Shown piece after piece: positions 52,169 through 60,250 of a stretch of DNA of 64,000 nt. The notes beneath the pieces were generated by a model, which was not told the origin of the DNA, searched no databases, and was given only the letters and a program-made list of their open reading frames with translations. Origin of the DNA: Candidatus Bathyarchaeota archaeon (GTDB taxonomy: Archaea > Thermoproteota > Bathyarchaeia > Bathyarchaeales > Bathycorpusculaceae); contig CAWGZR010000005.1 in NCBI GenBank assembly GCA_963827165.1, forward strand, positions 256,001 to 320,000, written 5' to 3'. The position numbers were made by a program, and so were the translations under genes. Every line of letters starts with the position of its first letter. Positions within the stretch are counted from its first letter, which is position 1.

Positions 52169-53836
52169 TTATGGTGGAGTTACGGTTACTTGGGGGTCGG
52201 CAAACCATGCTGTTCCATGTTCATTTGAGCCTTGGGTATCGCTCCAAACCACTAACCACGGAATTATTGCTATGGGGGTAATGGATTGACCTCCTGAATA
52301 AGCATTACCATAACCAGCTTGTGCTTGAAAAGTCGATGCAACTGTAAAGCTCATGGTAACTTGTGTCCAGGTGTTGGTTCCAAACTGGACATAATCGTTT
52401 ACTGTATTGGTAGGAGTACCAACACCATTTGGAGTATAAATGGGGCATACCACTCCCTTAGCACCATATATGTCAATTCCGATTTCGCCTCCAGCTTGAG
52501 GATTACCTACGTCAGCTCCAAGAGTAGCAGCGGAAGTTTTAATCCAACAACTAAAAACGATTTTGTCACCTGGCGCAACGCCTAGACCTCCATAGTCAAC
52601 TCCGAGGTTAACTGCATTTCCAGTAATTTCCCAGCTGGGAGAGCCTCCACAAGTATCGGTTGTGTCAAGTTGGACATTGAGTGCCGGGCACTGAAGCCAT
52701 TGTGAATCAGTATACCAGTCCCCATCATTAATTGAAATTAAACTATTCTCGACAGGGGCCAAGATAGGTGTTGGTGTCGGTGTAGGAGACGGTGTTTGTA
52801 TCGGCGTTGGTGTTGGCGTTGGGGCAATTGTTGGCGTTGGAGTGGAAGTTGGTGTTGTGGTCGATGTAGGGATGTATGTAGCGTATATACTTGTGGTTGT
52901 TGTTTCGTATCCGGTTGGGGTTCCAAAAGTTGATGTGTACTCGTTTGAGTAGGTGGTTGTTTTCCATACGTGTGTGTTTGCGGTTGTGGAGCTCATTGTT
53001 CCTGTTGCTGATGAGCTGCTTGAGATTATGCATAGCCAGTAGTATCCTGTGGTGAGGGTGCTTTGTGGGAGGGTGAATGTGTTCCATCCTGTTGTGGTGA
53101 CTGTTTGGCTGCTGCTTTGGGCTATTAGGGTGTTTGGTGCGCCGTTGTTGTCTGTGTATATTGCTGCTTTGGCGCTAAAGCCTGTTGTGGTGAAGTAGGT
53201 TGATATGCTTTGGACTTGGCCGCTTTGGGTTAGTTGGAATCTGCTTGCGTCTTTATCGGTGCCAAAATAATTGTTAAGTATTCCAACCGCTGTATTTCCA
53301 AAAGTTGTGGGTGGTAGGGTTGGAGTTGGAGTTGCTGTGGGTGTTGGTGTGATTACTGAGATGGGTGTTGATGTTGGGGTGATTATTTCGGTAGATGAAG
53401 CTGTGGGGGGTCCTGAGGGTGTTGGAACCGCCGTTTGGGTTGAGGCAGGTGTTGACGTAGATATTGGTATTGGCGACGAAGTTGCTGAAGGTGGTGCGGT
53501 AAGTGTTATTGTTGGTGGAGGCTGTGGTACGGCGGGTGGAGGCGTGGGGGGTCCTGAGGGTGTTGGAACCGCCGTTTGGGTTGAGGCAGGTGTTGACGTA
53601 GATATTGGATTTGATGTTGCAGAAATCGGTACAATGGATCTGCTTGAGGTGATTTTTGCGTATCCGTTTGGGTTGGTGTTTGTCAATATATTTGTCATTT
53701 TACCTGTTGAGGTCGCGAGTCCTGAGGCAACGCAGAGTGTGCTAAGGATGAAGATGCCGATACATATTATAGCCGGATCCTTGAATTTCCTGAAGTTTAT
53801 TGAATGAAATGTTTTTCTGAAGGTGCGTATTTTCAT
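52169..53836 (-). CDS. Pro/Thr-rich secreted or N-anchored protein with two beta-rich domains
   Basis: N-terminal hydrophobic helix, PT linkers, C-terminal CBM-like segment (FSCWIKT...WTQVT...WFAD). Confidence 0.7.
   Translation of the reverse strand: MKIRTFRKTFHSINFRKFKDPAIICIGIFILSTLCVASGLATSTGKMTNILTNTNPNGYAKITSSRSIVPISATSNPISTSTPASTQTAVPTPSGPPTPPPAVPQPPPTITLTAPPSATSSPIPISTSTPASTQTAVPTPSGPPTASSTEIITPTSTPISVITPTPTATPTPTLPPTTFGNTAVGILNNYFGTDKDASRFQLTQSGQVQSISTYFTTTGFSAKAAIYTDNNGAPNTLIAQSSSQTVTTTGWNTFTLPQSTLTTGYYWLCIISSSSSATGTMSSTTANTHVWKTTTYSNEYTSTFGTPTGYETTTTSIYATYIPTSTTTPTSTPTPTIAPTPTPTPIQTPSPTPTPTPILAPVENSLISINDGDWYTDSQWLQCPALNVQLDTTDTCGGSPSWEITGNAVNLGVDYGGLGVAPGDKIVFSCWIKTSAATLGADVGNPQAGGEIGIDIYGAKGVVCPIYTPNGVGTPTNTVNDYVQFGTNTWTQVTMSFTVASTFQAQAGYGNAYSGGQSITPIAIIPWLVVWSDTQGSNEHGTAWFADPQVTVTPP
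53403..53608. repeat. Perfect 65-bp intragenic direct repeat
   Basis: 53403-53467 is identical to 53544-53608; encodes PISTSTPASTQTAVPTPSGPPT twice. Confidence 0.9.
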
Positions 53837-54271
53837 TTTTTTTTCTCTCGCGTTCGCCCAGTATAAAATCGAATTTCTTTTTAGCCAAAATCTATTTTAT
53901 AGGTTTTTGAAAAGTCAATTAACGTGTCTTGTCAACTTTGGCAAAACATTGCGAAGTCAAATTGACAAGTTTGCAAAGTTAACTCGTATACATGGCAAAC
54001 GAACACTTGCTAATGTTCAAAACAAAAAAAACCTGAATATTATTGACTATGCAAATAAGCACGTTTGGTCCATCTGCAATATATGCAACCAGTAGCTATG
54101 TTTCAAGAATTAGCAGCTTCTTCTAACTCGACCAAATCCGCGGCAGTCTCATTTTTCTGGTTAGTTTTAGCATTGTATCGTTCTAAGATTCGCACTTGAA
54201 TTGCAAAGCTGAAACAGGTACCTCATAAAGGCTCCACCGCCTTTTCTTATTGTCAGTGTGCGATCGTTATG

Positions 54272-54348
54272 GAAGATTGCAGCAACGTTACTGAATTCCG
54301 TAACGGCGATCAAGTCTTAAATCAGATTCTTCGGTGATCAGGACCAGA
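54272..54348 (+). pseudogene. Remnant of the integrase N-fragment region of an earlier, related element
   Basis: Reads EDCSNVTEFRNGDQVLNQ, homologous to ENCSGVAEFCSTSKTSNQ at 58068-58121, at nearly the same distance (79 vs 80 bp) from the att copy. Confidence 0.65.
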
Positions 54349-54397
54349 TTTGGAGCCTTCGGCGGGATTTGGACCCGCGACCATTACCTTACCAAGG
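54349..54397 (-). repeat. att site: duplicated 3' part of tRNA-Thr(GGT)
   Basis: 49 bp identical to 58146-58194. Confidence 0.95.
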
Positions 54398-55259
54398 CGC
54401 CCAAATCATTGAGCCAATGGGCTTTAGAGCCTTTAATTGGCCCGATTTCAAAAAATACGTCTACGGAAAGTACCGAAAAACCACAGCAAAAAGAGTCATG
54501 TGTTACGCCAACCGCTATTATCCTATTCTTGAATCTGGCAAAATCGGTGAAATCAACGCTGTCCAATCAACAACTCGGTCAGAAGTAATCAAAAGTCTGA
54601 TCATAATCTCGAAATACGTCGGTTGCTACAAGCAATTCGAAGCCGCCCTTAAGAGCTACGGAATCAAATCAGTCCAGCCGGACGCGCTTGCCGCCTTCGT
54701 CAGAATCTACAGCAACACAAATAACAACCTGGACGAGTGGTTCGCCAAAGTCAAGCCGATACTGACGCCTCCAGAGAACTTGCTTTTGAAATTTTTGCGC
54801 CTGACAGGGCTACGATGCAGCGAGGGCATTGAAAGCTTCAACCTGATAATCGAGCTTTCGCAGAAGGGAAAATTGTCGGAGTACCTAAGCCGCGACATTG
54901 GAATCTTGGGGCATTTCCGGTACAAAGAAAAATTCCTACGCGGCGCAAAGAATGCCTTCATTTCTATAGTGCCTGAAAGCTTGATCGGGGAAATCGTCGG
55001 AGGCCAGCCTGTAACTTATGCAGCCATCACCAAAAAGCTCCAAAGGCGAAAGATTCCGACCCGAATCAGCGAGCTCCGAGACTTTTATGGCACCTTCATA
55101 ATCAGGCATGGTTTGGTTGCTCAAGAAGCGGACTTGCTCTGCGGGAGAATTCCATCAAGCATATTCGTCAGGCATTATTTTTCTCCAGCGATAAAAGAAC
55201 TCAAAGAACGAACGTTGAAACCTCTTGAAGAAATGCTCGGATCTAAAGGCCTTCAATAA
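54369..55259 (+). CDS. Tyrosine integrase, C-terminal fragment (SSV1-like)
   Basis: TGLRCSE, K, ELRDFY, CGR, VRHY catalytic pattern; frame is open through the att (WSLRRDLDPRPLPYQG). Confidence 0.85.
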   Translation: MDPRPLPYQGAQIIEPMGFRAFNWPDFKKYVYGKYRKTTAKRVMCYANRYYPILESGKIGEINAVQSTTRSEVIKSLIIISKYVGCYKQFEAALKSYGIKSVQPDALAAFVRIYSNTNNNLDEWFAKVKPILTPPENLLLKFLRLTGLRCSEGIESFNLIIELSQKGKLSEYLSRDIGILGHFRYKEKFLRGAKNAFISIVPESLIGEIVGGQPVTYAAITKKLQRRKIPTRISELRDFYGTFIIRHGLVAQEADLLCGRIPSSIFVRHYFSPAIKELKERTLKPLEEMLGSKGLQ

Positions 55260-55382
55260 ATTGGGGGGGTTAGAAAGGGAGAAAGGCTTGCCCGAATTTA
55301 CCTTATCGTCAGAACACAAAAAATACAAATATCATTTTCTTGATTTGATTTATCCTATGTCGCCAAATCTTGGGAGGCCTTT
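55245..55382. repeat. Non-coding repeat R1 (138 bp, imperfect inverted ends)
   Basis: Begins AAAGGCCTTCAA and ends TTGGGAGGCCTTT; colinear with R2; contains the integrase stop codon. Confidence 0.8.
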
Positions 55383-55489
55383 GAAGCTTTTAGTTCCTGA
55401 GTCAAGGGAAGGTGTGAACCGAGATACAATGTTCAAAAGAGGTAGCGTTTATATTGACTTGATCGTTTATCCAGCTTGAGTTTAAAGAG

Positions 55490-55963
55490 ATGCCATTAAT
55501 ATCCTCTGACGTACAAGCGACAGTTACTCTTGCGACTGACATTGCTATAGTAATCTCCCTAGTCGTTGTGGCAATTCAGGTGTACCTCCAACGAAAAGCA
55601 ACAAAATACAATACTTATGAAAAACTAATGAGTGATTTCTCCGCCACCTCATCCATGTTAATTGACCACCCAGAAATCTTAGAAATATATTACAGAGGTA
55701 ACGGAAAACCGAAAAAATGGGACAAATATAGTGAAGCTGAAAAAAAGGCTTTTAGCTTTTTCAGTTCAACTCTGGCACTGTTGGAAAGAGTTTGGTTTGG
55801 CGTACCCGAGAAGGACTGGATCGATTATTATAGCAAATGGGTTAAAGATCTGGCCACTAATGACATCTTTCTAGATGTTTTCAATGATAGCAAGAAGATA
55901 TATGATGTTTCATTCACCCGTGAAATAGACGCTATCATAAAAGGTATTAAAGAAAAAGGCTAG
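55490..55963 (+). CDS. Hypothetical protein with N-terminal TM helix
   Basis: 157 aa; hydrophobic helix followed by a helical domain; lies between R1 and R2. Confidence 0.7.
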   Translation: MPLISSDVQATVTLATDIAIVISLVVVAIQVYLQRKATKYNTYEKLMSDFSATSSMLIDHPEILEIYYRGNGKPKKWDKYSEAEKKAFSFFSSTLALLERVWFGVPEKDWIDYYSKWVKDLATNDIFLDVFNDSKKIYDVSFTREIDAIIKGIKEKG

Positions 55964-55984
55964 CTTTTCTGAGCCTTAGCGAAA

Positions 55985-56165
55985 GAAGGCCTTCAATTTT
56001 CGGGGGGTATAAAGGAAAAAAGGCTTGGGTGAAAAAATCTATTCATCAGAACGTACAAAAAATAAGAAATAATCTTTAAGCTCTCGCTTCCTACGGGCGC
56101 CAGTTTCTGGAAGACCTTTGTCCTCGCAAGGCATCATCGTATCCGTTTTTGATCGAAATTTTTCG
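55985..56165. repeat. Non-coding repeat R2
   Basis: AAGGCCTTCAAT..GGGGGGT..AAAGGCTTG..TCAGAAC..ACAAAAAATA..CCTA..CGCCA..AAGACCTTTG shared with R1; 3' part shared with R0. Confidence 0.8.
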
Positions 56166-56231
56166 CAAGACGTTCCTATCTCATAAAAATCTCAAAGAAA
56201 AAAACAAAAAGTAAGTAAGCTCCAAACTGGT

Positions 56232-57404
56232 TCACGGCATGTTGCTAGTTGGAAGCATAGATCGAGTTCGTTTCAATTTTTTAATTGTCAATGCCGCCGC
56301 TGAAAGGGTTACTAAAGTCATTGCTGCTAATACAATGAGTGTAGCGGCAGTGCTAAATTCAGGTATTTTCGGGGTGGCAGTCGGGCTGGGGGAAGTAGAA
56401 GTGGTCGGGGTTGAGGAAGCAGATGTGGAGGAAGAAGAGTCGGGTATTACGTAAACTATGTCCGTACTGGAGCTGGCCACGAATGTCTCACTTTGGGCTG
56501 AATCGTAGGCTATGCCTCCTGAGTGATCTCCCGTGGTTACCGTTGCGACTACTTTGTTGCTAATATCGGATATGACTGAGACGGAGTTGGACCCGTAATT
56601 GGTTACGAATATCTCGCCCAAGTTGGAGTCGTAGGCTGAGCCCGTGGGATTGGTTCCTACAGAGATGGTTGCGACTACTTTGTTGCTACTGTCGGAAATA
56701 ACTGACATCGAGTTGGAGCCATAGTTGTCGACATATATTTCGCCTTTGCCAGAATCATAAGTTACGCCCCAGGGTTCGGTTCCTACGGTTATGGTTGTGA
56801 TTACGGTGTTGCTGCTGTCTGAAATTACAGAGACTTTGCCGGAATTGTAGTTTGCCACGTAGATCTCGTGGTTATTGGAGTCATAAGCTATGCCTAGTGG
56901 ACCTGTTCCTACGGTTACGGTTGCTACTACGGCGTTGCTGCTGTCGGATATAACTGAAACGGAACCGCTGTCTCTGTTGGTTACGAATAGTTCGCCCAAG
57001 TTGGAGTCATAGGCTAAGCCTGATGGATCTGATCCTACGTTGGCGCCTGTTGTTGCTGTGTTGGTGCTGTCTGATATGATCCCTACGTCGTTGTTTGCAG
57101 AGTTGGCCACGTATACCTCGCCTTTGCCGGAATCGTAGGCGGCGCCAGCAGGTGAAGTTCCTACGGGCACGTTTGCAATTATGGCCCTACTGCTGCCTGA
57201 TATGACCATGACCGAGTTGCCGGCGTAGTTGACTACGAACAGCTCGTTTGTGCCTGAATCATAGGTTATGTGAACGGGTTCATTTCCCACTGTTATAACG
57301 TTAGTTACCGCAAGTCCGTGGACTGCATCGGCTGCGAGGAGCGTAAGCAAACCCAATGCAAGGACTATCAACAATATTTTCGTTTTCACTCTTTTCACCT
57401 CCAA
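56232..57404 (-). CDS. YncE/YVTN beta-propeller surface protein with PEF-CTERM-like sorting signal
   Basis: Seven VG..P.G.AYDS..GE.YV.N..S..VSVISD repeats, S/T linker, IPEF + TM helix + basic tail. Confidence 0.9.
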   Translation of the reverse strand: MEVKRVKTKILLIVLALGLLTLLAADAVHGLAVTNVITVGNEPVHITYDSGTNELFVVNYAGNSVMVISGSSRAIIANVPVGTSPAGAAYDSGKGEVYVANSANNDVGIISDSTNTATTGANVGSDPSGLAYDSNLGELFVTNRDSGSVSVISDSSNAVVATVTVGTGPLGIAYDSNNHEIYVANYNSGKVSVISDSSNTVITTITVGTEPWGVTYDSGKGEIYVDNYGSNSMSVISDSSNKVVATISVGTNPTGSAYDSNLGEIFVTNYGSNSVSVISDISNKVVATVTTGDHSGGIAYDSAQSETFVASSSTDIVYVIPDSSSSTSASSTPTTSTSPSPTATPKIPEFSTAATLIVLAAMTLVTLSAAALTIKKLKRTRSMLPTSNMP

Positions 57405-57709
57405 CTAAGCCGAAAAGATAAAACATACAAACTGCTATTTGCACAACCTTTTTCGTATTAAAAAGGACGCTATTTTATAAGTTTAAAAAAAGGAATTAAT
57501 AAAGAGTTCGCTTGATTACTGAGCAGGCAAGCCTGGCTTAGACTCTGCCGTTTGGGCTTCCAGACTTCGCCCTGAGCCGTTTGCAGATCACGCGAAGATG
57601 TTCAGGGCTCTTCCGTCGATGCGATCTTTCACTGAAAGCAAATATCGAGGGTTCTCGCGTCCCTTCAGTCGTCCCCAAGGGATGACACTGCTTATTTTCC
57701 GCCCCAATC

Positions 57710-57779
57710 AATGTATCAGCGTAATCGATTTAGCCCGAAATTTTCCCGGGAAATTTTTTGACGCGACCACGCTCGAGGC
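57710..57779. repeat. Non-coding repeat R3 with 20-bp near-palindrome
   Basis: AAATTTTCCCGGGAAATTTT (57738-57757) followed by TTGACGCG..GCTCGAGGC, homologous to R0. Confidence 0.75.
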
Positions 57780-57932
57780 TCAGGAGCGATCAGCGAAGAA
57801 AGTGAAAAGTTCCTAAACAAAAGGTCAGAAGAAAAATGTCTCGAATACCGAACCTGCTAATCCTTTTTTCTCATCGGCTACCGCAAGAAAACCTGCAGAG
57901 GCGATTAAATATCGCTCAAAGCATATTTTTTT

Positions 57933-58147
57933 ATGCTTTCAAAAACGGAACAGGAATTTCTCAGGGATCCATCAAGTTTTAACTCGAACTATCAACGTTC
58001 GTTGCGCTGCCGCCTGAAAGCCAAAGACGCAAAAATGCGGTCGGAACTTTCTTTGCTCAGAGCTACAGAAAACTGCAGCGGCGTTGCTGAATTCTGCAGC
58101 ACCAGTAAAACTTCAAATCAAGACCATTCATTGAATCGGGGCAAGTT
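57933..58147 (+). CDS. Putative integrase N-terminal fragment (intN)
   Basis: ATG ORF (MLSKTEQEFL...) on the integrase strand running into the att; one base out of register with the intC frame. Confidence 0.55.
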
Positions 58148-58224
58148 TGGAGCCTTCGGCGGGATTTGGACCCGCGACCATTACCTTACCAAGGTAACGC
58201 CCCACCGGGCTAGGCTACGAAGGC
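58148..58224 (-). tRNA. tRNA-Thr(GGT)
   Basis: GCCTTCG...TTACC-TTGGTAA-GGTAA...GGTCCAAATCC...CGAAGGC-T-CCA. Confidence 0.93.
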
Positions 58225-58484
58225 GCTTGACGTTGTTATCGTGAAAGAACTGCTTAATTGGAATAAAACGCTTACGGTTGATGCAACAAAAAAGCTACTC
58301 TGTATTTGATGTATTCTTTTTTTGAAAGTTTCATATGGTCTGTCAAAAGGGAAAAGAGGCAACGTTATTTTAGTAAACGCGGGAACATTTTTCAAAACGA
58401 AACAATGCTAAAACACATCTCAGCGAGCTAATCAAAACCATCGGCTTGCACTTCTACAGGCTTCTCTGTTGACATTTTCCAGCG

Positions 58485-58556
58485 ATTATTATGGCTTATT
58501 TTAGCTTAATCTAGCTTATTCTAGCTTATTATGGCTTAAAATAGCGTATTTTAGCT
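58485..58556. repeat. 10-bp-period tandem repeat (consensus NTAGCTTATT, about 7 copies)
   Basis: ATGGCTTATT TTAGCTTAAT CTAGCTTATT CTAGCTTATT ATGGCTTAAA ATAGCGTATT TTAGCT. Confidence 0.85.
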
Positions 58557-58725
58557 CACAGTTGCAGCCAAAAAAAGCCCCATTCCAAGAAAGCACTCCA
58601 AAACACAAACAAAAAAATTTCCCTGCCAAAAATATTAGAGTGGTTCACTTGCTCAGGGTGTGATTTGGGGGAAAAGCTTCATATTAATTAGGTACAAGAG
58701 AGTTTACGTCGTTGAATCGGCGGTT

Positions 58726-58813
58726 GCAGGGGTCTCCAAGTCTGGTCAAAGGAGTAGGGCTTAGGACCCTATCGCGCAGGCGTTCGTGGGTTCAAATCCC
58801 ACCCCCTGCACCA
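58726..58813 (+). tRNA. tRNA-Leu(TAG)
   Basis: GCAGGGG...TAGGG-CTTAGGA-CCCTA, long variable arm, GGTTCAAATCC, CCCCTGC-A-CCA. Confidence 0.95.
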
Positions 58814-58866
58814 TATAATTAAAACGTATAGGGGGTCCGTCCTGGCGATGTTATGGTGTTTTTCTG

Positions 58867-60125
58867 TTATAGCTTGCGTTTTCTAAAGATTTTTGCGCCG
58901 TCGAATTCTGTGACGTATTCAAAGCCTGCTTCTATTAAGCTGCAGATTTCTTTTTCTGTCTTGGCTACTTTTGAGATGTAGTTTGTTTCGCCTTGGAATA
59001 GTGCTTCTTCAAGTTGGACGTATAAAAGTGTGTTTTTGATGTTTTTGTGGCCTAAGTCGTTGCATTACATAGAGCATGTCTTTGGTTTCGTGATAGAGCA
59101 TTGTTCCTTTCCAGTATCGGAAGGTATGGAAGTGGATTTTTAGCAGTCTAGGGTTGCTGAAGCTTGTATGACGGTTCTTTTTCGTTGGTGGTTAAGTGCT
59201 TACCGTAGTTGTCGATTCTCATGTTAGGTAAGTGAAAATATTTTGTCTCCGTAGTTTTTGGGAGCTTTTCGAGCATTTCTAAGAGTTTATTACTCAGGTG
59301 TACAACACGTGGGTTACTGTGTTTTTCGGCTGTTATATTGACAACTTTGCTTTCGAAGTCTATGTCCTCCCATTTTAGCTGCCAGATTTCTCCGCATCTT
59401 GCACCAGTTTCTTTTAGAACTTGCAGGAATGTTGCCATACGTTGAGTGCAGCCAGCTATGAGTTGGTCGATTTCTGTTTCTTTGGGGATGAATGGCAGTT
59501 TACGGATTGTTTGGTATAGCGGTGGATTCCCATGTGCCTCCGACCATTTTTAGGAATGAGCAGTAGGCATCTACAGCGTTGTTTTTTCTGCCGTTGCTCC
59601 AGGTTTGTTTAGCGATTGTTTCTTTGATAGTTTCTGGGTCGTAAAGGTTTGCGCCTCTTTTGTTGAGCACTTGAAGGAGTTTTGTTCTTCCGATGATTGT
59701 GGCTTCGCTTTTTCCGTCTTTTTTTAGCCACCAGGCATATTCGATGATTTTTCCTTTGACGTCGCCAGTTTGGTTTCTCCGCAGAACTTCAAATGGTTGA
59801 TGTTCTGCTTCCAAGTTTTTCGTCTCCGTGACGCATATTTGGCTTGCGTCAACTATGTCGTCTGTGCTTTTTAATGACTTCGATCAACTGTTTCAATTTC
59901 TTTCAAGTTGGCTGCGGCTTGCTTTGCTTTTTCTGTGTCGTTTGGGTCTGAAAATCTGCGTCCGCAGTCTCTGCAGTACCATCGTTGAATTTCATACCCG
60001 AAGCTGTCTTGTCGTTTGGCATCTTTCCAGACCTCTTTTGGATTTGCATAGGGGACATACAGGAAGAATAAGATCTGAACCTGCGTAATCAGTGAATTGG
60101 TTAATCGTTTCAGCAACTGTATCAT
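58867..60125 (-). pseudogene. Tyrosine recombinase with N-terminal Zn ribbon; multiply frameshifted (decay or read errors)
   Basis: Fragments CPLC...CRDCGRRF, IIEYAWWLKK, ETGARCGE, HFHTFRYW, GHKNIKNTLLY, IEAGFEYV. Confidence 0.85.
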
Positions 60126-60139
60126 TAGAGCTTATTGTA

Positions 60140-60250
60140 GTCACGTCAGTCACGGGAGTCACGGTCAAAATACAGTGGCTATCCAATTGTTTGTTGACCT
60201 CCAGTATTAGCCTCGCATGTGTTAGCCGTGACCAGTGTGACCTTCGTGAC
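60140..60250. repeat. Inverted iteron-like array (putative origin)
   Basis: GTCACG at 60140, 60149, 60158 and (C/T)GTGAC at 60227, 60236, 60245, each trio with 9-bp period. Confidence 0.75.

Larger units (their letters stand above)
54351..58194. mobile_element. About 3.8-kb integrative element in tRNA-Thr(GGT) with SSV1-type partitioned integrase
   Basis: 49-bp terminal direct repeats; integrase C-part starts within the left att; N-part ORF runs into the right att. Confidence 0.88.

Noticed and set aside
51999-52208. R0/R2/R3 as fragments of a repeated protein-coding gene (RGRVKKFPxKISG on the minus strand)
   Set aside because: The frame is closed by a stop in R3 and indels differ among copies; treated as non-coding, though an old gene relic is not excluded
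54334-54588. 84-aa ORF sharing FGAFGGIWTRDHYLTK with the 57933 ORF
   Set aside because: The shared peptide is just the antisense translation of the duplicated tRNA segment, and the ORF overlaps the integrase in another frame
58485-58556. Possible CRISPR array
   Set aside because: 10-bp units without spacers and no cas genes; no repeat-spacer array seen anywhere in the window
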